From positions 31,934 through 95,933 of the forward strand of contig CAAFZT010000048.1 in NCBI GenBank assembly GCA_900767605.1: DNA of 64,000 bases, read 5' to 3'. Each line of letters begins with the position of its first letter. Within the stretch, counting starts at the first letter, position 1. Below, piece by piece: positions 57,927 through 64,000 of this stretch. This DNA is from Bacilli bacterium. Lineage in GTDB: Bacteria > Bacillota_I > Bacilli_A > RFN20 > CAG-826. Under the pieces are notes generated by a model, which saw nothing but the letters and a program-made list of their open reading frames with translations, was not told where the DNA came from and searched no databases. A program made the position numbers and the translations under genes.

Positions 57927-60750
57927 CATCAAAAAAGTTTATTCGCCCAAAGATAACCCCGTGGAAGCTCTCAAGGGCATTTCGATTTGCTTCCGCAAAA
58001 ACGAATTCGTCTCCATCCTCGGCCATTCTGGATGCGGCAAAACCACCGCCTTAAATATCATTGGAGGCCTTGACCACTACACCTCGGGGGATTTGGTTAT
58101 TAATGGCATCTCCACGAAGGATTTCAATGACCACGATTGGGATGTTTACCGGAACCACAAAATCGGCTTTATTTTCCAATCCTACAATTTGATCCCCCAT
58201 CAAAATATCGAAGAAAACGTGGAACTTGCTTTAACGATTTCTGGAATCGGAAAAGAAGAGAGAAAGAAAAGAGCGAGAGCAGCCCTAGACCAAGTTGGCC
58301 TAAAAGGGATGTATACCAAACACGCCAATCAACTTTCTGGCGGACAATGCCAACGCGTCGCGATTGCTCGTGCTTTGGTCAATGAACCCGATATTTTGCT
58401 CGCAGATGAACCTACGGGTGCCCTGGATTCGGAAACCTCCGTCCAAATCATGGAGCTCATCAAGAAGATTTCGGAGAAGAAGCTCGTCATCATGGTTACC
58501 CATAACCCTGAGCTCGCGGAAAAGTATTCCACGCGTATCGTAAGGTTATTAGACGGCCAAATCGTGGAGGACACCAATCCGTTCTCCATGGAAGACGAGG
58601 CCAAGGAAAACGAAGATAAAATCCCTCAGTCGAAGGAAGAACTCGAAAAAGCCAAAGCCAAAATGTCGTGGTGGACGGCCACGAAGCTTTCCGCGCGCAA
58701 TTTGCTTTCCAAGGCCAAGCGAACCGCCTTAATCGTGGTGGCTTCTAGCATTGGCATTGTTGGCGTCTCCGCGGTTTTAGCGGTCTCCCAAGGGGTCACT
58801 GGCTATATCCAGGGAATGCAAGACGATATGCTTTCCGGCAACCCTGTCTGCGTTGCCGAGAAATCCTTGGATATCTCTAGCCTTGTTTCCACGATGACGA
58901 ACATGCAGAAGACCAAAGTCGTTTCCTCCGCCTATAAAGACGGCAAAATCGACATCCAGTTCATGATCAAAACGATGATCGCCACCGCCGAAACCATGGG
59001 TTCCACCCAAGTGGAAAATAACATGACGGAAGACTTTGAAACCTATGTCGACGACATGCCCAAGGAATATTATTCGGCGATTGGGAAAGGCTATGGGATT
59101 GATGTGAAAAACAACCTTTACACGAATACCCAAATCGATGGGCATGACGAATCGGAACGTTTTTCCATCACTTCGATTACTTCGGCCTGCCAGACGATCA
59201 TCGAACACGCTAAAGACGGCAAATATGCTTCTTATGGGGCGATGATTGATAGCTATACCGATGCGATTGGCCAATGCTTAGACAACAAAGAATACGTTTT
59301 GGACCAATATGATGTGGTATCGGGCAAATACGCGGAAAAAGAAGACGAGGTCATGATTGTTTTGAACCACAGCAACCGCATCACCGAATTCATTTTGACC
59401 TTGCTTGGATATTATGGCCAAAAGGATTTCTTGAACGCCCTCTATTATTATTCGGGAGAAACCGATAGCGAATTCTTTGACGAAGAAGCCTTTAAGCAGC
59501 ATCAAAGCATCTCTATCGATTCCTTGCTTGGAAAAACCTACGACTATTATCCTAACAACACGATTTACGATAGCAATTTGCAAGAAGACGGGGGCAATTA
59601 TGACCCGAACGCGGATTCCGCCGCGGCGATCCTCGATCCCGATAAATTGAAGCCCTTCTTCTATAACTACACGGAAGATCAACTCGTTGAAGAGGATAAC
59701 ACTCCCATTCAGCCTGCCCTCAAAATGAAGGTGGTCGGGGTATTGAAACCCAAGGAAACTACGACCTATGGCTGTATGGATTCCGGACTCTATTTCACCC
59801 CGGCTTTTGCTAAGCGTTATCTTCAAGATAACCTCGAATCCAAAATTTCAAAGTTCCTATCCGACTACCTTTCTTCCAAAGAGGGAGCGACTTCCTTCCC
59901 TTCTAGCGTCGTGAAATTCGGCAACAAGGAAATCACTAGCGGCATTGGCTATACCTATGAGCTTGGTTACCAAGGGGAAACCCTTCAAGGTGTTGGTCTA
60001 ATTGGCGCCCAAGACGTGTCGAGTTCCTTGATGGCCATGATGGCGGGTTCTAGCGGCTCTTCCGGCGGATCGGGAAGCACCTCCAGTTCCACGGGCATCA
60101 CGATCAAAAAACTATCGATGCTTAGTTTAAGAGCGGTGGGCGGCAATGATATCGCTGGCCAAATCGATATCTACCCTCATAGTTTCAAAACCAAATATTT
60201 GGTGACGGATTATCTGTCCAAATGGAATGAAGAAGGAGATATCACCCTTTCTAGTGGCAAAGTATTGAGCCTTGCCGACCGTCATGAAACCAAATATACG
60301 GATAACCTTGAAGTCATCATTGGACTCATCAACGGGGTCATCAATATCGTCACGATTGCTTTGATTATCTTCACGGCTTTAAGCCTTGTCGTCTCCACGG
60401 TGATGATTGGCATTATCACCTATGTCTCCGTCATGGAACGCATCAAAGAAATCGGGGTCATCCGTTCTCTTGGAGGACGAAAGAACGATGTCTCCCATCT
60501 CTTTAACGCTGAAACCTTTATGATCGGCTTTGCTAGTGGCATCTTCGGTCTTGTTGTCACCTATATCCTCGAAATCATTTTGGATTTGACTCTTGGGGTG
60601 AAATTCGAACTTGGCATGATTTTGGATTTGCAGTGGTGGACCGCCCTGATCATTCTTGGGGTATCGATTCTCCTGACGGTCATTGCGGGACTTGTGCCCT
60701 CTCGCGCGGCGGCTAGACAAGATCCCGTTGTTGCCTTAAGAACGGAATAA
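57910..60750 (+). CDS. fused ABC ATPase–FtsX permease (MacB-like) with a periplasmic domain of about 500 aa
   Basis: The start was reassigned to MLKLVDIKK (AAAGGAG ribosome-binding site). Walker A is GHSGCGKTT and the signature is LSGGQCQRVAIARA. The C-terminal FtsX domain has four TM segments. Confidence 0.8.
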   Translation: MLKLVDIKKVYSPKDNPVEALKGISICFRKNEFVSILGHSGCGKTTALNIIGGLDHYTSGDLVINGISTKDFNDHDWDVYRNHKIGFIFQSYNLIPHQNIEENVELALTISGIGKEERKKRARAALDQVGLKGMYTKHANQLSGGQCQRVAIARALVNEPDILLADEPTGALDSETSVQIMELIKKISEKKLVIMVTHNPELAEKYSTRIVRLLDGQIVEDTNPFSMEDEAKENEDKIPQSKEELEKAKAKMSWWTATKLSARNLLSKAKRTALIVVASSIGIVGVSAVLAVSQGVTGYIQGMQDDMLSGNPVCVAEKSLDISSLVSTMTNMQKTKVVSSAYKDGKIDIQFMIKTMIATAETMGSTQVENNMTEDFETYVDDMPKEYYSAIGKGYGIDVKNNLYTNTQIDGHDESERFSITSITSACQTIIEHAKDGKYASYGAMIDSYTDAIGQCLDNKEYVLDQYDVVSGKYAEKEDEVMIVLNHSNRITEFILTLLGYYGQKDFLNALYYYSGETDSEFFDEEAFKQHQSISIDSLLGKTYDYYPNNTIYDSNLQEDGGNYDPNADSAAAILDPDKLKPFFYNYTEDQLVEEDNTPIQPALKMKVVGVLKPKETTTYGCMDSGLYFTPAFAKRYLQDNLESKISKFLSDYLSSKEGATSFPSSVVKFGNKEITSGIGYTYELGYQGETLQGVGLIGAQDVSSSLMAMMAGSSGSSGGSGSTSSSTGITIKKLSMLSLRAVGGNDIAGQIDIYPHSFKTKYLVTDYLSKWNEEGDITLSSGKVLSLADRHETKYTDNLEVIIGLINGVINIVTIALIIFTALSLVVSTVMIGIITYVSVMERIKEIGVIRSLGGRKNDVSHLFNAETFMIGFASGIFGLVVTYILEIILDLTLGVKFELGMILDLQWWTALIILGVSILLTVIAGLVPSRAAARQDPVVALRTE

Positions 60751-60799
60751 CCCTTGAGGATTAAAAGATTTCCCCTACAATCAAAGTCGAGGTATCTCC

Positions 60800-61360
60800 A
60801 TGAAAAAAGAAATCAAAATTGAACCGATTATCTATCCCCAACCCGTTTTGATGTTAGCGACTTATAACGAAGACGGAAGCGTCGACGTGATGAATGCCGC
60901 TTGGGGGTGTGCCGTGGATTACGATTTGCTAGGCATTTCGTTAACCCCAACACATCGTACCTGCATCAATTTCAACCGCACGAAAGCCTTCACGGTTTCG
61001 CTTCCTACTTCCAAATTTGTTGCAGAAGCCGACTATTTTGGAATCGTTAGTGGCAACGACGAGCCCCATAAATTCGAAAAGATTGGACTTCACGCAAGCA
61101 AAGCTGAACTGGTGGATGCGCCTGTTATCGAAGAATTCCCTCTTTGCATTGAATGCAATCTGGATCATATCGATGAAGAGACGGGGATGGTATATGGCAA
61201 AATCGTTCGCGTCAGCGCGGATCCTTCTACTTTAGATGAACAGGGTCATTTTGACCTTTCCAAGGCGGACGGCATTCTCTTTGACCAGTCGAAACGGGAA
61301 TATTACAAAGTCGGAGAAAAACTTGGCAAAGCTTTCTCGCTCGGACTTAAATTCCGTTGA
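60800..61360 (+). CDS. flavin reductase-like domain protein
   Basis: It is 186 aa and the N-terminal region fits the flavin_reduct family pattern. Confidence 0.7.
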   Translation: MKKEIKIEPIIYPQPVLMLATYNEDGSVDVMNAAWGCAVDYDLLGISLTPTHRTCINFNRTKAFTVSLPTSKFVAEADYFGIVSGNDEPHKFEKIGLHASKAELVDAPVIEEFPLCIECNLDHIDEETGMVYGKIVRVSADPSTLDEQGHFDLSKADGILFDQSKREYYKVGEKLGKAFSLGLKFR

Positions 61361-61386
61361 TTGTTTGCCTCGTTCTTATTAACTCC

Positions 61387-61426
61387 AGAAGCCCCTAGGT
61401 TATGAAACTAAAGGGCTTCTTTTTTA
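61387..61426 (+). terminator. Rho-independent terminator
   Basis: agaagccc ... gggcttct followed by TTTTTTATT. Confidence 0.6.
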
Positions 61427-61537
61427 TTAAGAACAAGGTCTTGGAAAAAATCATCGTCGCTTTTTTCAACAAGAGTTAAAATCAAAAGGTAGAAGTTAGG
61501 CTTTTTTCCTGAGGCCAACATAAAAGGAGGATGCATT

Positions 61538-61759
61538 TTGAAAAAGTCGATTATAAAGTCGATTATTTGGTTTTTCGTATTTTTGGTTTGCGGATTTATC
61601 CTATGGTGGGTATGCCGCGATGCGGAGTGGCAACGGCAAACGAATTACTATTTTCCTTTAGTTATTTTTGTTGAGGTCGCCGCGTATGGTAGTTTGATTC
61701 TCTATGAAGTGACGAAAAAGAATTCAAAAGATAGCGATAAAGAAGAAGATGAGAAATAA
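61538..61759 (+). CDS. small membrane protein (73 aa), probable TTG start
   Basis: The AAAGGAGG ribosome-binding site lies 7 nt before TTG. There are two predicted TM helices. Confidence 0.4.
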   Translation: MKKSIIKSIIWFFVFLVCGFILWWVCRDAEWQRQTNYYFPLVIFVEVAAYGSLILYEVTKKNSKDSDKEEDEK

Positions 61760-61816
61760 AAGGCAAACGAAGACGTATATCTTTTCTTTTTTTCTTTTGG
61801 CCTCTATCCTTTACGC

Positions 61817-62392
61817 ATGAAAAAGAAACGCGATGCCCTCACAAAAAGCAAAATGCTCTATTCTGGAGAACTGGGCCTCTTCTCCATTTTGTTTGCCGTC
61901 CTTGGGATTCTGTTCCTCACGGGGACGATTTCCGTTGCTGATTGGAAACGATGGGCTTTTGCCATCGTGACCTTAGCGGGTGGAATTTGGCTCATTATTG
62001 ATTTTATTTGGACTCTTGTAAGCAAGAAAAGACGGGCGAAGAATTGTTTGCTCGATAAAGCTATGGTTGCCCCGATGGCTTTATGCGTGTTGACGTTTGA
62101 TATTTTAGCCTTTGCCTTTGGTTGGGTGAACGCCAGCGGAGAGGGGGCTTCTACGGCGATTTTGGCCTTCCGTCTTGCGATTGGCATCGCCCTTTGCTAT
62201 TACGCGGCCGTTTATGTTTTCCAAGCCATTTACCATTGGTATAAACCTCTCCCCTTGGTCATTGAGGCTGCGTTAGAAGAAGAGGAAGAAGAAAAGAAAA
62301 AGGCGGAAGCCCAGGAAGCTAGCGGAGAACAGCTCGTTACGGAAGAAAAGAAAGAAGAGACCCCCACTTCGGAAGACTCTTCTAAGAATTAA
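61817..62392 (+). CDS. membrane protein with an acidic, Glu/Lys-rich C-terminal tail
   Basis: There are four predicted TM helices and an EEEEEEKKKAEAQEA tail. No clear ribosome-binding site was seen. Confidence 0.4.
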   Translation: MKKKRDALTKSKMLYSGELGLFSILFAVLGILFLTGTISVADWKRWAFAIVTLAGGIWLIIDFIWTLVSKKRRAKNCLLDKAMVAPMALCVLTFDILAFAFGWVNASGEGASTAILAFRLAIGIALCYYAAVYVFQAIYHWYKPLPLVIEAALEEEEEEKKKAEAQEASGEQLVTEEKKEETPTSEDSSKN

Positions 62393-62491
62393 CGTTTCTA
62401 TCCCTTCTAGGGCGGTTGGCTTAGGTCGATCGCCTTTTTTGTCCATTAAAAAAGCCACAACCTCTTTAGGCTTCGGCTTTGAGTTTTGGAA

Positions 62492-64000
62492 TTAAAGTGG
62501 CAAATCCTTCTTGGTGAAGCGGACGAATCCGACCCCATAAGTAATCGCGGCGATAATCAACGTAATGCCGAGTTTCCATGCATAAGTCACGTAGTCGGCA
62601 TCCATGACGGCCATCGCGTCGAAGCAGGAATCCACGGTGATGTAATTGAAGAAGGACATCGCACTGATGCGGACGGTGCCGGGGATGGCCTCGGTTCCGA
62701 ATAATCCGAGGATTGAGAAGATGAAGAAGGCGATGGTGACGCCTCCGCCGGCTCCAATGGCCTGTCCGCCTTTATTGAACCAGCAGGAGGCAAGGAAATT
62801 GATACCAGAGATCGCTACAGTGACGCCGAAGTTACCCAGGGCATAAAGGGCGATATCGTTAATCGGCAGGGATTCCACAAGGTCCTGCGACCCGCAGGCG
62901 ATGCCAATTTCGCGGGCCACCAATGTTCCTAGGAACAAGGACACCCCCATGACGACTTCGGTGAAGAGAAGATACATCATTTCGGTGTAGATGAAGGAAG
63001 CGCGACGGGTTGGTGTAGACAAGGTGAAGGCTAAGGAACCCGATTCGACTTTCGCAGCCACGAGGCTATTCGCGGTTAAAATCGTATAAACCATCGGAAT
63101 CAACAAGGTGGCGATGCCAAAGCTAACCGCACCGACCATGATACCATAGGTATTCATATGGCCCATTTCGGTCAAGGAATCTCCTACGGCGCCTGGGAGT
63201 TGATCGATGACGCCTTGGCTCGATTTCACCGTGGCGATGAGGATCCGCTCTTCTTGCGTGTAGTTTGAGCTCGCGTATTCCTTAAGGTGCGTTTGGTAAG
63301 AAGCGATACCGCTAGAAGCGTATCCGCGGACCGCATCCATCATTTCTTGGCCCGTCATCGAGCTATTTTCCGCGGTGATTTGGTCGATGGAAGTGATGTG
63401 GGTATTATTTTCCTTGTTGAAGGTATCGATCAGCGTTTTTTCCGCTGTTTTGCAAACGAGGCCGATCGCACGGTCTTGAAGGGGTGAGGTCAAAACGTTT
63501 TTCCCGTCAAAATAGGCGTTGCTATCGTTTTCATCGCGAACTTCGAATTCCTTCATGAAGGAAGCAAGTTCCTTCTTGAGAAGACTCATTTGCTCTTCTG
63601 CTTCCTTTTTGGCATCCGCGATTTCTTCTTCGCTATAGTTTTCGCCGGTTAGGAGATCCTTATGCATCTTCTCGACGAGGCTGCTTTTCGCACCCATGCC
63701 CCCGTCGATTTTGATGTAGACGTCGGGGTTATAGACTTTGATTTCGATGGCTTTCTTGATTTCTTTGCCATCGTCTCCGTAAACTCCAGTGCCAACATAG
63801 GTGATGGGGTAGCCTAAATCGGAAGTCTTGTAGTCGACGGTGAAGCTGGGAAGATAGTTGTAATAAGCAAATTCTTCTAAACTAGAAAGAACGTAGGTTT
63901 GAACCTCGTCTCCAAGGTTTTCGCGCATAATCGAGGAATCAACAAGATAAGCTTTTTTGCTGGCTTCCACATCGATCTGACCGCTATTCCCTTTAACGTT
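62492..64000 (-). CDS. ABC-2 / YhgE-Pip-like membrane protein, 5' end beyond the window edge
   Basis: The frame is open to position 64000, so the listed M at 63970 is actually GTG. A large extracytoplasmic, coiled-coil-rich domain is followed by a C-terminal six-TM permease domain. Confidence 0.55.
   Translation of the reverse strand, partial: NVKGNSGQIDVEASKKAYLVDSSIMRENLGDEVQTYVLSSLEEFAYYNYLPSFTVDYKTSDLGYPITYVGTGVYGDDGKEIKKAIEIKVYNPDVYIKIDGGMGAKSSLVEKMHKDLLTGENYSEEEIADAKKEAEEQMSLLKKELASFMKEFEVRDENDSNAYFDGKNVLTSPLQDRAIGLVCKTAEKTLIDTFNKENNTHITSIDQITAENSSMTGQEMMDAVRGYASSGIASYQTHLKEYASSNYTQEERILIATVKSSQGVIDQLPGAVGDSLTEMGHMNTYGIMVGAVSFGIATLLIPMVYTILTANSLVAAKVESGSLAFTLSTPTRRASFIYTEMMYLLFTEVVMGVSLFLGTLVAREIGIACGSQDLVESLPINDIALYALGNFGVTVAISGINFLASCWFNKGGQAIGAGGGVTIAFFIFSILGLFGTEAIPGTVRISAMSFFNYITVDSCFDAMAVMDADYVTYAWKLGITLIIAAITYGVGFVRFTKKDLPL

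Noticed and set aside
1-64000. CRISPR arrays, tRNA or rRNA genes, transposases or integrases
   Set aside because: No regularly spaced repeat–spacer structure and no tRNA-like cloverleaf or TΨC consensus was seen. No transposase or integrase motifs were recognised.

Overview
This 64-kb window looks like a chromosomal region from a Gram-positive (Firmicutes-type) bacterium. The signs are AGGAGG-type ribosome-binding sites, lipoprotein signal peptides, an LtaS-like lipoteichoic acid synthase and Cheo-type SOS genes. Most of the window is core metabolism for host-glycan sugars (fucose, rhamnose, amino sugars). It holds a GH29 alpha-L-fucosidase, two CUT1 ABC sugar permeases, a divergent fucI / FGGY-kinase / class-II-aldolase locus with a DeoR regulator, a NahK-like hexosamine kinase followed by ROK kinase, nagA and nagB, and also manA, rhaA and glf. 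Two sugar esterases (SGNH hydrolases) and a ROK glucokinase are also present. Housekeeping and stress genes include a Na/Pi cotransporter, a Y-family DNA polymerase, a CsoR–CopA copper module, LysR plus a MATE exporter, MarR plus a fused MacB-type ABC exporter, a nitroreductase and a flavin reductase. The most unusual stretch is an AT-richer accessory island at about 29.8–39.5 kb. It contains a DUF4143 AAA ATPase, a lipoprotein plus a 700-aa secreted protein of unknown function, and a pair of near-identical long palindromic repeat elements. It also contains a 464-aa orphan protein, a translationally coupled DUF3990-like / DUF3791-HTH gene pair with an N-terminal HGS motif, and a HigB-like toxin paired with an HTH-XRE antitoxin fused to an ImmA/IrrE zinc peptidase, preceded by paired palindromic operators. 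Other features worth following up are three 17-bp direct repeats phased at exactly 33 bp upstream of a second DUF4143 ATPase, a 12-bp in-frame triplicated repeat whose unit recurs in the same gene's 5' UTR, a four-fold AAATGAGCA motif in the fucI / kinase divergent promoter, and a CopA carrying metal-binding domains at both termini. No tRNA, rRNA, CRISPR array or transposase was recognised. All functional calls come from reading motifs in the supplied translations. No database search was possible.
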